Source: Nitrosopumilus sp. (GTDB taxonomy: Archaea > Thermoproteota > Nitrososphaeria > Nitrososphaerales > Nitrosopumilaceae). From it: a DNA stretch of 64,000 nt. The notes under the pieces were generated by a model. That model ran no database searches. It was not told the origin of the DNA and worked only from the letters and a program-made list of their open reading frames with translations. Both the position numbers and the translations under genes were made by a program. Positions 34,691 through 45,813 of this stretch are shown here, one piece after another; the stretch's first letter is position 1, and each line of letters opens with the position of its first letter. The stretch covers positions 704,001 to 768,000 of the forward strand of contig OZ242186.1 in assembly GCA_965205675.1 (NCBI GenBank), in the 5' to 3' direction.

Positions 34691-35156
34691 GTATGTGTGA
34701 ATATTATTTCAAGTAAATACTTTGTTTAATTTTAAATCTAATTTCGCATCATTGTCATTATTTCTGATATTTTCTTACTGATTTCTTTTTCTTTCTGATA
34801 GATATTTTGTTTAATTTTTTAAGAACTTTTGTATTATTTATCATGTGTTTTAAGACCTCTAATGAACATGCTCTTTTAATTACTACAATAGCATCGGTAA
34901 TGCATCAAATAATGTTTTTTCTAAACCCTCTGATACAAATATTATTTTTTGGTAAGAATTGATATTTGGAATTTTCACTATTGGTTTTAATCCTGGCGTA
35001 TCTGACATTTTTTGATCTAATGCTGTTACCATGATTTCTATCCTGGCTTTTGCTTTAATTATAATTCATGCATAAATCATCATTTTTGACGTGTAATACA
35101 TTTGATTTTTTTAAATATTAATTATCTAAGCATTCACTGCATTACAATGAAACAAT

Positions 35157-35474
35157 CTACTGTGTTTTAATTTTAATTTCTATGTTACAACTAGGAGCAT
35201 TACCTGTTTCATTTTTGAAATCTTCAATTAATTGCAGTTGTATTTCCTTTGGATTTGCTACAAATATTCTTTGATATGATGAGGTTTTTTGTTTGCATTC
35301 ATTTCCTTCAAATTCAGTATCTGCATATCTTGCAAATCTTTTTTCTAGATTATCTGTCTCTCCAATGTATATTGGAACTTTATTTCTGTTGTACAAAACA
35401 TACACTCCTGGACTTGATTTCACATATTGGGCACTATTTGTCCATACTCTCATTTTATCATCCAATAATTCCAT
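35157..35474 (-). CDS. GIY-YIG domain protein
   Basis: PGVYVLY...IYIGETDNLEKRF motif. Confidence 0.8.
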   Translation of the reverse strand: MELLDDKMRVWTNSAQYVKSSPGVYVLYNRNKVPIYIGETDNLEKRFARYADTEFEGNECKQKTSSYQRIFVANPKEIQLQLIEDFKNETGNAPSCNIEIKIKTQ

Positions 35475-35573
35475 AATCTATTGTGATTACACTAGATATT
35501 AAACTAGATTACAGCATCTGTAATGTTATAACAATTCTTATCCTTTTAATATTGAATTAAAAAAGATGTAATC

Positions 35574-37253
35574 CTGTCTTTATTAGAAAAATTCCCTCCC
35601 AACTTCACTCCTAGAGAAATTCAAAAAGAGATCATTGGTCAAATTGAAGAAAAACTGCAATCTGGATTCAAAAAAATCATTTTATGTGCACCTACAGGAG
35701 TTGGAAAATCTCTTGTGGGTGCAACAATTTCACAGTATTTTGATAGCTCATTTACTGTTACAGCATCAAAACATCTTCAGGATCAGTACATCAAAGATAT
35801 TCCATTTTTAAAACCTGTTAAAGGAAAGCAAAACTTTCCATGTCTCAAACTAATGGAATCTGAAAAAGTTGATAATGAAAGAAAAGCTATGAGGTGGGGT
35901 ATTACATGTGATAAAGGTGCATGCCAAGAAAGAGTCTCTAAAAATGGAAAAGAAGTTTTTGAAGTTTGTAAATTCAAACCTAGTATAACTCAGGTTGAAG
36001 AAAATACTACTGATGCAAAATCTTGTCATTATTACATGCAAAAATATAATGCTCTAGTCTCAAAACACTCTCTCTGGAATTACCATGCATTTTTTACAAT
36101 TATGAAATTCAATAGAAAACTCTTTGAGGATTATCTTGATAGGAAGGTAACTGTTTTTGATGAGGCTCACAAAATTGAAGATCAAATTATACAGTTTGTC
36201 GGTTTTGATATTTTTGCAGGACAAGTTGATGAATGCAATTTAAATTCTGAAAAATATGATCTTACTGATTTAGATTCTATGATAAAATTAACTGATGACA
36301 TGGCATATTCTTATGCTAAAAAAATCAAAGATATCAAAGAAAGCCCTGCATTTCAAAATAATCCTGATTATGAACTAATCACTAGTCTAGAACGTCGTCA
36401 TGATAGGTCTGCACAAGCAAAAATAGACATCATGTCTGATAAGGATAATTTTATTGTGAATAATCCAGTTAAAGATTTGAATGATAATTTTAGAAAAATT
36501 TCTGTCAAGCCAATTGATGTTTCTAAATTTGTCAATTCTTTTTTTGAAACTGAATATCAATTATTCATGTCTGCCACTATTGACAAATCAAGCTTTTGCG
36601 AAAACATGGGATTGAGACCTGATGATGTTGCATTTGTTGATACAATAAAATCTCCTTTTCCAATTGAACATAGAACTATTGATCTTCTTAACATTAAACG
36701 CCTTAATTATGGTTCTACTGAAGAAGATGAGATTGAAGTAATCAAAACAATTGATAGGATTATGGATGAGCACTCAAATGAACGCGGATTGATTCTCACC
36801 TCTTCAATACCTAGATGCCAAAAAATTATTCGATATCTCTCCCCAAAAAACACTCAAAGAATTCGTCTTTGTCATAGTAAGAACAAAGATGGAAAATCCC
36901 AAGATGAGGTGATTTCTGAACATGCCTCTGATCCTACAGGGGTCTTGCTTTCATCTTCTCTGTGGGAGGGAGTTGATTTGAAAGATGATTTATCTAGGTT
37001 TCAAATAATTGCAAAGGTTCCATACCCGAATTATACTGAAAAAAGAACAAAGGCCAAAATGAATAAATTCCCCTTATGGTATACGTCTCAAACTCTAACT
37101 AAAATTTTACAAGGTTTTGGACGTTCAATTCGAAGTGATGATGACTGGGCAAAAACATATGTCTTGGATACTGCTGTGAATAATGTTTTTTTCAAAGGTC
37201 AACAGATGATTCCAAAAGCCTACTATGATGTTTTAGGTATGGATGAAATTTAA
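35574..37253 (+). CDS. DinG/XPD-family ATP-dependent DNA helicase
   Basis: Frame extends upstream of the track ORF to include PREIQ (Q motif) and CAPTGVGKS (Walker A); DEAH, SAT, EGVD and QGFGRSIR motifs. Confidence 0.9.
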   Translation: MSLLEKFPPNFTPREIQKEIIGQIEEKLQSGFKKIILCAPTGVGKSLVGATISQYFDSSFTVTASKHLQDQYIKDIPFLKPVKGKQNFPCLKLMESEKVDNERKAMRWGITCDKGACQERVSKNGKEVFEVCKFKPSITQVEENTTDAKSCHYYMQKYNALVSKHSLWNYHAFFTIMKFNRKLFEDYLDRKVTVFDEAHKIEDQIIQFVGFDIFAGQVDECNLNSEKYDLTDLDSMIKLTDDMAYSYAKKIKDIKESPAFQNNPDYELITSLERRHDRSAQAKIDIMSDKDNFIVNNPVKDLNDNFRKISVKPIDVSKFVNSFFETEYQLFMSATIDKSSFCENMGLRPDDVAFVDTIKSPFPIEHRTIDLLNIKRLNYGSTEEDEIEVIKTIDRIMDEHSNERGLILTSSIPRCQKIIRYLSPKNTQRIRLCHSKNKDGKSQDEVISEHASDPTGVLLSSSLWEGVDLKDDLSRFQIIAKVPYPNYTEKRTKAKMNKFPLWYTSQTLTKILQGFGRSIRSDDDWAKTYVLDTAVNNVFFKGQQMIPKAYYDVLGMDEI

Positions 37254-37262
37254 TTTTAATGA

Positions 37263-37460
37263 TCATCTTCTTTCAGCACAACTGCACTTTACATATATCA
37301 TCTTGAATTCTCCATTTGTTTTTACATTGTGTGACATTGGTTTTCGACATTGTTGACATTCTGTAAATCCAAAATATTCATCAACTTTGATCATTTTATA
37401 ATCCCATGATTTCTTTTCTTCATTCCAAAATACAGAATTTATTTCAGACGGGCCTTCCAT
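37263..37460 (-). CDS. Small conserved Cys-rich protein
   Basis: CQQC...CSC motifs. Confidence 0.7.
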   Translation of the reverse strand: MEGPSEINSVFWNEEKKSWDYKMIKVDEYFGFTECQQCRKPMSHNVKTNGEFKMIYVKCSCAERR

Positions 37461-37494
37461 GTATGATCTTTAATCTATTTCATTAATTAATTTT

Positions 37495-37707
37495 CTATGG
37501 TCTTAGGTTTTTGAAATCAAGACATTTTGTATCGAATTCGTTTAGATATTTTTTTGCATTAATGTTTGCATCCATTATGTATAATTCACATGTTTCTGAA
37601 TCAATTAATTGTTGGTGGTCATTACTATTTGTAGCTACTTGCAATGCTAAAATACTGACTAACGCGATTATGATAATTATTGCAAATTTGCTTGAATAGA
37701 TATCCAT
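37495..37707 (-). CDS. Small membrane/secreted hypothetical protein
   Basis: N-terminal TM helix and two Cys. Confidence 0.6.
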   Translation of the reverse strand: MDIYSSKFAIIIIIALVSILALQVATNSNDHQQLIDSETCELYIMDANINAKKYLNEFDTKCLDFKNLRP

Positions 37708-38440
37708 AAGTTTACATTACAAATTTTAAACCTAGGTTTAATCATTTGCTATACTGTAAAATAATCCTAGATTTTATCATATGTGATAATTTTTACCAAA
37801 TCTCTATTTCTTGATCTTAAATCCCGTTAATATTCAGATTTCTATCGTGAATATCTATCCTTTAGAAAAATTAATTCAGATGGCTTCATATTTGTCATTT
37901 ACAGTATTGATCTATTGGGCCTTCATCATCAAATATGAGTTTTGATATTAATTTATATCTCATTTATCTATTCTGCGATATGTCTCTGTTAATTTTGTGT
38001 ACTCCTGTAGATTCTTCCTTAGTGTATGTATCAAGCTTCACACATAAATCAATACCATTACACAAAAAATCAAAGATCAGCTAAATCATTCTACAATACA
38101 TGTCAGAGTGTGGTCATGAGAAAATCATCTTACAATTACAAGAAAAAGTAAAACAACTCATGCAAAAATTATCATACTATGAAAATCCACACTCACCACC
38201 ATCAAAAAATTCACTTGAATGGAGAAAACAGAAACAAGATGCAAAGAAAAACAGAGATTCTGATTCTGGCAAATCAAAACGTGGTGGCATACCGGGTCAC
38301 AAGGGCACAACACAGAAATTCACCCCAACTAGTACCATACATCACAAATGTTTAGAATGTCCCAAATGTGGAAGTGAAGATATCCTTCAAATCAAGACTG
38401 CCAAAAGAATAATGGTTGAAATCCCTCCACCAACTCAATA

Positions 38441-39594
38441 TAGTTTAGGCATATAAATTTTGAACGAATTATCAACTATTTTAACCCAAAAGATCTAGAT
38501 CATAGTTTATACTTACAGAATCATGTCAAAACAAACTAAAGCATTAATGGTATCTTCAGGAAGCCATTTCATGAAAGGAACAAGCATTAATTTTTTAAGA
38601 AAAACATGCAAGAATGAAAAAAATGCAAAAGCGAAGATAAGATTAAAGGCTGCAATACTAAGAAAACAAGATATTCCATATTCTGTGATATGTGCCAGTT
38701 TGGATGTCATACCATCAACTCTGTCCTACTGGCTAAATCGAATGGATAAAGAGGGAATAACTGCATCACACCGTAAGGAATATTCTGGCTCTAGATGTTT
38801 CTTAAATAAAAAACAACTAGTGTCATTAAGAGATGATCTAATTTCAGGTCCAGAAAAGTTTGGATTCAATCAATTCATGTGGAGTACAAGAATGGTAATT
38901 ACACATGTGAATAAAAAATACAACACGCTATACTCTGCAAGAGGAATGCGTGAATTGCTGCACAGAATCGGATTCTCATCTAAAAAACCAAGACAGACTC
39001 ATCACAAATCAGCCTCAAAAGAGGAACAAACCCGTTTTAAAAAAACGCAAAAAGGAGTATCAAAAAATATTCCAAATTGGGATACACCACACTATGTCTG
39101 GACGAGTCAACAAATAAAGTAGCACCCAACATAAAGCGCGGATGGTATCTTGCAGGCAATAACATTACCACACCAATTAATTACACTCGAGAAAAATTTC
39201 AATCATTTGGTGCATTGGGCAATAACGGTGTATTTTTTTGCAGGTTCTATGATAAATCAAACACAGACTCATTTCTTGATTTTTTAGAATCACTGCAAAA
39301 ACAATTTGGTAAGAAATTGTTACTGTTTGCTTTTTTGTAGATAATGCATCATACCACAAAAGTGTCCGAGTAAAAGAATTTCTCAAAGCACCAAAAAATA
39401 AAGTAATAATTAGATATTTTCCTGCATACACTCCAGAACTCAATCCAATTGAGATACAGTGGAGAGAAGAGAAAAATGGTAATGCCAATACATTCTTTGC
39501 AAATGGAACTGAAATGAGAAAACACATGCAGAAGAGACTAGATAATGGAGCGGTTCGAGTTGTTAAAGTGTTCAAATATTTAATGCCTTAACTA
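38441..39594 (+). mobile_element. IS630-family element nested in IS66 (orfA 38523-39122; orfB broken near 39330)
   Basis: TA duplication; TIRs TAGTTTAGGCAT / ATGCCTTAACTA; TTTTAAAAAAAC slippery site; LDES, DNASYH and PELNPIE motifs. Confidence 0.92.
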
Positions 39595-39596
39595 TA

Positions 39597-39682
39597 CATT
39601 GCAACTGACACCTGCAACTTTTCCAGATAACAGGTCAATTTCCGGTTGAAATCCCTCCACCAACTCAATACATTGCAACTGA
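39597..39682. repeat. 39-bp direct duplication of IS66 coding sequence (first copy 38414-38440 plus 39597-39608, split by IS630; second copy 39644-39682) flanking a unique 35-bp insert
   Basis: GGTTGAAATCCCTCCACCAACTCAATACATTGCAACTGA occurs twice; insert CACCTGCAACTTTTCCAGATAACAGGTCAATTTCC at 39609-39643. Confidence 0.9.
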
Positions 39683-39933
39683 GCATGTCTTGTATCAATA
39701 CAATTGTAAGAACTGCTCTGATAGTTTCAAGACAGATGGAAATCTTCCACCATGTGGATGCTTTGATGCTTCTGCAATACGTGAGGGGGTCTCATTATTC
39801 TCAAAGAGAATGCCATACGATACCATTAGAGTAACTCTTCAAGAAAGATATGGATTGAAAATTAGTTGCACTACAGTACAATCTATTCTTCGCACTGGCA
39901 GTATTATGTTAGAACCATTGTACCATGACACTA

Positions 39934-41031
39934 TACTTCCTAACATAAGTTCGTCAACCATCCTCTCGTTGCATATACTTGAGAATGTCTAAATTGAATC
40001 GTCTGGTTCTGTAATATTTGGAGATGTTATTTTTCAGATTACTTAGAGATGGTTGATACTGTGACACCAACAAATTGTATTTTCCTTGCTTCCATACTTC
40101 CTCAACTGCATTGAACTGTGGTGAGCCTTTTGGAAACCAATTCAATAGAACATCATCTGCATTCTCATCAAGATATTTTTGTACTAGTTTTGATCTGTGT
40201 TGTGGTGCTCGGTCTACATAGACTAGAATCTTGCCAAACTTTCTGTGCAATTCCTTTAGATAATCCAAAAAACAGTACTGATCAAATTTTTCATATTGTC
40301 TGAATAATTGCCTGCCGTCATGAGTCAGTGCACCAAAAATGATTGTTTTTTGATGTGACCCGTTTACTAGAATAATTGGACGGGTTCCTTTCTTTACCCA
40401 CATCTTTTTTCTAAATATCGCATCAGCAGTAAAGATGGACTCATCTTGTGCAAGAACTGTAAAGCCTTTTGCTATTTTTGAGGCTATTTGTTCTTTGGAG
40501 TTTTTTTAAACCAGAGTTTTTCCTCAACACTAGCTGAATTTACAAATCTCTTTGCTGCAACCTTTGGAACAAATCCCCATTTGTGTAATAATCTGTACAC
40601 ATGAACCTCATGATATTTTACACCTGATTTTTGATAAATCAGATTCATCACTTGCTTTGCACTCCAGCCGGATTGTTTTTCTGCAATTTGTAGTTGAATG
40701 CTGACTAGTTTCTTTTTTGGTATACTAGTTGGTCTGCCAGTTCTAGGCAAGTCTTGCAGTCCTGCAATTCCATATTCTGCAAATCTATCTAACCATTTGT
40801 ATGCCCATGAACGTACACGTCCAAGATTCTTTGCAACATGTGATGCAATTTGGTTCTCAAGTAATACTCGCTTTATCAAAAATAGCCTTTCTTTTACCTT
40901 GACGTTCTTTTCATCTTTGTATGCTTGAATTAATTTTTGATTATTCATGGTTTGATGTGTAATGTTTTGATCAATATGGCATTTGGTAAAATAAATCAGA
41001 TCAACAGATCATAAAATTTTGTTAGAGAGTA
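39934..41031 (-). mobile_element. IS630-family element nested in IS66, apparently intact (orfA 40484-40948 plus -1 frameshifted orfB to 39954)
   Basis: TA duplication; TIRs TACTCTCTAACA / TGTTAGGAAGTA; TTTAAAAAAAC slippery site joins to QDES..DRAPQH..SPQFNAVE DDE domain. Confidence 0.93.
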
Positions 41032-41812
41032 TAGTAGTGAAATTGTGACTGAAAAGATCCTAGGATTAGATGAGACGACATTCCCAATTGACGGAAAGAT
41101 GGGATGGATGTTAGGTTGCAAGAAGCAAAACTGAAGCTCATTACACTTTAGAGTACAGTAGAGGTGCTAAAATATTAAAAAAGTATTGGAAAAAATTTAC
41201 AGGAATTCTAGTATCTGATGGATACGCTCCATACAGAACGGTATTTTGTGATAATGTAAAACAGAGATGCACTGCACATCTGCAGCGTGATGCAAAATAT
41301 CTTGCAAGAAAATCAAATGATAAACAGGCTAAAACCATTTATGGAAAACTCTCAAAACTATTGCATCGTGCAAGACGGTATAGCATACAAGAACATTCAG
41401 AGAAACAACGTAAAAGATATGCGTTGAATTTACTAAAACAAACAGATTCTATAATATGTCAATACATGTCAGGTGATAAAGAAATGATTCAGTTTGGTAA
41501 GAAACTAAAAACTGCAAGAAATAGTCTGTTTACATTTGTGAAATATCCCTGTATTCCATCAACTAACAATGACACTGAAAATTCTATTCAAAAGTGTATC
41601 ATGCAGAGAAATGTTCGCGGACAGATGAAAAGCAATCAGGGAATGAGGATGCTTTCTATATTTTTAACATGCTTTGAAACATGGAGGATAAGGGAGTTGA
41701 ATATGTTTTCTGAGATGGCAAAATACATCTAAAGTGCTTGATACATACTCCTTAGTTGTTATGTGTGCTGAATGACTTTCAACAGGATCTTTATAAGCAC
41801 TAATTACACAAA

Positions 41813-42016
41813 ATGTTTGTGAAAAAACCTTTGAAGAATAATGTGCCAAAGATCTACTGTGAAAAATGTGATCTTGTTTTTGACTCTAGAGAAAAATTTG
41901 ACAATCATTTTGACAGACATTTTTCTGGTGCTGTATGTGAGATTTGCCCAATTGACACTGCTATTACAAAATTTGTAAATCTCTTTAAACGAAAATCCTC
42001 TCAGAATTTGGAATAA
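41813..42016 (+). CDS. Small C2H2-type zinc-finger protein
   Basis: CEKC..F..H..RH and CEIC motifs. Confidence 0.75.
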   Translation: MFVKKPLKNNVPKIYCEKCDLVFDSREKFDNHFDRHFSGAVCEICPIDTAITKFVNLFKRKSSQNLE

Positions 42017-42041
42017 GTTTTTTTAACCAAGTCTCTTTGTT

Positions 42042-42710
42042 TTGAATATGAACAAAAAAGGCGTAATTTTAGGCGTCATTGTTATTGGAATTATTGCAGG
42101 TATTGCTTCCTCCTTATTTGCATCTCCTGCTGAAACTGTTAATTTGGATATGGGCAGAACTCATGGAACTATCTCAACTGCTATGGGTTCCCCAATCCTA
42201 GGTGATCCTTCTGCACCAATTACTATTGTCGAATTTGGTGATTATCAATGCCATCAGTGTTTTAATTGGTTTCACAATACAAAACCTGCAATCTTTAGAG
42301 ATTATATTGAAACTGGAAAGGCAAATCTAGTTTTTGTTGATTTAGCATTCTTGGGACGTGATTCTCCAAAAGCAGCTCAAGCATCATATTGTGCTGAAGA
42401 CCAACAAATGTATTGGGAATACCATGACATCCTTTACAATTCACAAGAACCTAAAATTGATGGTGGTTGGGCAAACAATGAACGATTAAAGGCATTTGCA
42501 TTTAACTTGGGACTTGACATGGAATTATTTGAAAGCTGTCTTGATTCTGGAAAATATTCAAAACGTATTCAGTATAATATCCAGCAAGCTCGAGATCATG
42601 GTGTGACTGGAACTCCGGGTTTCTTCATTATAGGCCCTGATGGACAAGAACCAATTGGGGGTGCACAACCATACTCTGTGTTCAAACAAATATTGGATAC
42701 AATGGTCTAG
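42042..42710 (+). CDS. DsbA-family thioredoxin-like oxidoreductase
   Basis: EFGDYQCHQC, GVTGTPGF and GAQPY motifs. Confidence 0.92.
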   Translation: MNMNKKGVILGVIVIGIIAGIASSLFASPAETVNLDMGRTHGTISTAMGSPILGDPSAPITIVEFGDYQCHQCFNWFHNTKPAIFRDYIETGKANLVFVDLAFLGRDSPKAAQASYCAEDQQMYWEYHDILYNSQEPKIDGGWANNERLKAFAFNLGLDMELFESCLDSGKYSKRIQYNIQQARDHGVTGTPGFFIIGPDGQEPIGGAQPYSVFKQILDTMV

Positions 42711-43196
42711 ATGATATCTGCAATTTCATTAGTATTCTCAAATCCAAAATATCTTTTCTTCTCTGTTGCTATTTTTTCAGCAATGTTTGTTGGATTGTTG
42801 ATTTTATCTGAATATATTTTTCTAGAGCCTTATGTTGTTGGTCATATTCCTTCTGGCACTGAATTTGGGTTTTCTCTAATTCTTACCATCTCTGCACTAT
42901 CTGCTTTGGTTTTGCCGATGAATGTCTTTCGAATCAATATTCTCAAAAAATCAAAACAGAAAATGGGTGGTGGGATATTTGGCTCTGTTATTGGTGCAGT
43001 AGCTGGTGCATGTAGTTGCGGCCCTATAGGATTTGCTGTGATCTCCACTTTTGGTTCAGTTGGTGCAACTGCTACTGCGTTTCTCACTAATTATGAAATC
43101 CAAATTCGAATAATTGCTATTGGAATTTTAACAATTACTTACTTTACCACTGTAAAATCCCTCAAAAATGAATGTAAATTTGATCCCAATTCTTAA
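42711..43196 (+). CDS. Membrane protein with CSC motif (probable redox partner of the adjacent DsbA)
   Basis: Four hydrophobic segments, GACSCGP; abuts the DsbA stop. Confidence 0.7.
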   Translation: MISAISLVFSNPKYLFFSVAIFSAMFVGLLILSEYIFLEPYVVGHIPSGTEFGFSLILTISALSALVLPMNVFRINILKKSKQKMGGGIFGSVIGAVAGACSCGPIGFAVISTFGSVGATATAFLTNYEIQIRIIAIGILTITYFTTVKSLKNECKFDPNS

Positions 43197-43430
43197 TGCA
43201 TTAGAAATTACCAATTAGGCAAATTTTTGCAACCTTGGAATCTATCTTCTAGTTGGTTCAAGTATTATTGTGACATTTATCTATATTCCGATTAGGCCTA
43301 GCAGGAGAGATCCTGAGGCTGATGAAATTGAAGATGCAGAAGATTGACCTCATTCTAATTTTCTATAATCTCTAATGGATTTTAGAAATTTACAAAGTTG
43401 AGATATTTATTTGCCTTTTTATGATTCCAC

Positions 43431-44351
43431 ATGATGCAGAACTGGAATTTGATTTTTGGAATTTCTATAATTTCTAGTCCTATTCTCTTTGCAATGATTG
43501 CATTTCCTGATTCTATCTCTTGGAGTTGGAATCAGGGTAGAGGTGGTTACTTTTTTGCATTGATCTTCATTGTAGCTGAATTAATTGGATTAAAAATTGT
43601 AATTTCAAAGAAAAAATTACTTGTTGTAATTCCTATAGCTCTTGCAACTATGGCCTATCTTGTTTCATTAGAGTATGGTCTACGAGAATACATAGTTGAT
43701 TTTGAAATCCTCTTTAATGTACAATTAGTTGATTCTTGGACTTGGATGTGGGATTTTATTGTGATGGCAATCTTTGTAATTGTAGCTTTGAGTATCTTCT
43801 TTGGAAAGCGTTGGATTAGAATTGGTCCTGCTGCTCCGATATTTCTTACTGGTACTGCAATAATACTCTCACTTGATGCATTTTTCCCATATGACACACT
43901 TGGTCCATTACAATATATTGTTCCATATTTTGTTCAAGCAAATGTTTGGGTGATTACTGCCCTTGATCTTGGAACTGCTATTGCTAGAGATAATGTAATG
44001 TTCTTACGTGGTGATCATGGTTCCATGGCCCTTCAGGTGTTTTGGCCATCAGCTGGCGTTCATAGTATTATTATTTTTTCATTAGTGATTGGGGCCTTTA
44101 TGCTAAAACTAAACATTCCTAGAACTCGAAAATCAATTTATTTTATTTTAGGCATTATTGGAACCATCATTGTTAATTTAATTCGAATTTTTTCACTATC
44201 TTGGTATGCTCTTAAAGTAACTACTGACCCTGTGGCATGGGAGGAATATCACAAAATAGCCGGTGAAATAATGTTTCTACCGTGGCTATTTGCGTTTATT
44301 TTAGTCGTGGTTCTCATTGAATCAAGACGTTTGAAAAACTCTAAAAGATAA
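43431..44351 (+). CDS. Thaumarchaeosortase (archaeosortase family, Ser in place of the catalytic Cys)
   Basis: Multi-TM protein with WNQGRGG, VFWPSAGVHS, NLIRI and YHKIAGE motifs. Confidence 0.88.
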   Translation: MMQNWNLIFGISIISSPILFAMIAFPDSISWSWNQGRGGYFFALIFIVAELIGLKIVISKKKLLVVIPIALATMAYLVSLEYGLREYIVDFEILFNVQLVDSWTWMWDFIVMAIFVIVALSIFFGKRWIRIGPAAPIFLTGTAIILSLDAFFPYDTLGPLQYIVPYFVQANVWVITALDLGTAIARDNVMFLRGDHGSMALQVFWPSAGVHSIIIFSLVIGAFMLKLNIPRTRKSIYFILGIIGTIIVNLIRIFSLSWYALKVTTDPVAWEEYHKIAGEIMFLPWLFAFILVVVLIESRRLKNSKR

Positions 44352-44357
44352 TTTGTT

Positions 44358-45452
44358 CTAAAAATAAGATGTAATGTTACTTTGTCCTTGAATGTCTGAA
44401 AGTTCAGATATTCTTACTCCTAGCCTCCTTATTGTACTAGTTTGATTCTCTAGTGCTTCTTTTAGTAACTGGTCTGCCGTTTTTTGTAATTCTTCAATGC
44501 TGATAGTTGGATTCCTTAACATTTTTGATTTTGATTTGTTTGATAAATCTGACTGTACAAAATGTATGCCTACTGATCTGAACATCTGATTGTTTTTTTT
44601 AACCACGTCATGCACTTCTTTACAAAGTGCGAGGATATTTTCAAATAAAAATTCATAATCTTTTGAATCCTTTTTCAATGTTGTAATTTTACTATATTGT
44701 ATTCTTGCTTCTTTCTCTTTTACTGGTTCATTATCTATACCTCTTGCTGCATTGTAAATCCATGTCCCTGTTTTTCTACCAAACTCTTTGTTTAATGTAA
44801 AAATGTCTATTTTTTTTAAATCTTGAATTGTCTCTAGATTCATCTCTAAAAATCTGGTTTCTGTTTTTTTACCAATTCCTGGAATTGCTCTGATTTTCAA
44901 TTGCTCTAAAAATACCTCAATTTTTTCTGGAAATACTATAGTTAATCCATCTGGTTTTTGAAAATCTGATGCAATCTTCGAAATTAGTTTATTTGGAGAA
45001 ATTCCTATTGAACAACTAAGCTTTGTTTTGTTTCTTATGGTGTTTTTGATTCTTTGAGCTATGTGATTTGCTTTTTCAAAATCTCCCTCTATTTTTTTTG
45101 TTATATCTAAATACGCTTCATCTCTGCCGACATATTCAAAAACATCTGCATTCTCCTTCATAATCTTCATCGCTTTCTCTGAGACTTTTGTATAGAAATC
45201 AAAATCAACTGGTAAAAATACTGCATCTTTTCTCTCTTCTAGTCTTTTTTTTGCAAAAACAATTGGCATTCCTGATTTGACCCCGTATTCCCTTGCTGTA
45301 TAATTTGCAGTTGCAATCGCACCACTATCTCCGCCCCTATCTGAAAATACACAAACACATACTGGTTTTGATTTTAATTCTGGTGATCTTGTTTCTTCAC
45401 ATTGAGCATAGAAATAATCAAAATCTATGTGGAAAACTATTCTTGTTTCCAA
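44358..45452 (-). CDS. dbh: Y-family DNA polymerase IV
   Basis: HIDFDYFYAQCE, ATANYTAREYGV, GRDEAYLD and SKIASDFQKPDG motifs. Confidence 0.95.
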   Translation of the reverse strand: METRIVFHIDFDYFYAQCEETRSPELKSKPVCVCVFSDRGGDSGAIATANYTAREYGVKSGMPIVFAKKRLEERKDAVFLPVDFDFYTKVSEKAMKIMKENADVFEYVGRDEAYLDITKKIEGDFEKANHIAQRIKNTIRNKTKLSCSIGISPNKLISKIASDFQKPDGLTIVFPEKIEVFLEQLKIRAIPGIGKKTETRFLEMNLETIQDLKKIDIFTLNKEFGRKTGTWIYNAARGIDNEPVKEKEARIQYSKITTLKKDSKDYEFLFENILALCKEVHDVVKKNNQMFRSVGIHFVQSDLSNKSKSKMLRNPTISIEELQKTADQLLKEALENQTSTIRRLGVRISELSDIQGQSNITSYF

Positions 45453-45524
45453 TATCTTTCTAATCTATTATGATTATTACAATATTGTGTATTCATCTAA
45501 ATATTGATAAAAGAATCATATTTT

Positions 45525-45764
45525 ATGGAATATCCTGTATCTGTTGATGAAAATGGTGTAAATTTGAAACCTGAAAAAATGGAGAAAGAAAAACTCTATC
45601 ACTGTATTTTCAAGAATAAGGCGATGCTACTTTTCAAAGATTCTCAGGATGTTTTGAACTGTTATGAAATCGAAGAAGCAGATTTGGTCGAACAAATTAA
45701 GAAATGTGATAATGATGACGATCTTGAAAAATTATTTGAGGACTATCTGAAAGGAAATACCTGA
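45525..45764 (+). CDS. Small conserved hypothetical protein
   Basis: Acidic ORF with host-like composition. Confidence 0.65.
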   Translation: MEYPVSVDENGVNLKPEKMEKEKLYHCIFKNKAMLLFKDSQDVLNCYEIEEADLVEQIKKCDNDDDLEKLFEDYLKGNT

Positions 45765-45813
45765 AAAATTAAATAAAAGCGAGAGGGAAATTTGTTATAG
45801 CAGGAATTTAAAA

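Larger units (their letters stand above)
38024..41748 (+). mobile_element. IS66-family element (inactivated; transposase 38100-41732 in pieces) carrying two nested IS630s
   Basis: 13-bp perfect TIR GTATGTATCAAGC/GCTTGATACATAC and 8-bp TSD TCCTTAGT; NPHSPPS, CPKC, LDET, SDGY..CTAHLQRD and STNNDTE motifs. Confidence 0.95.
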
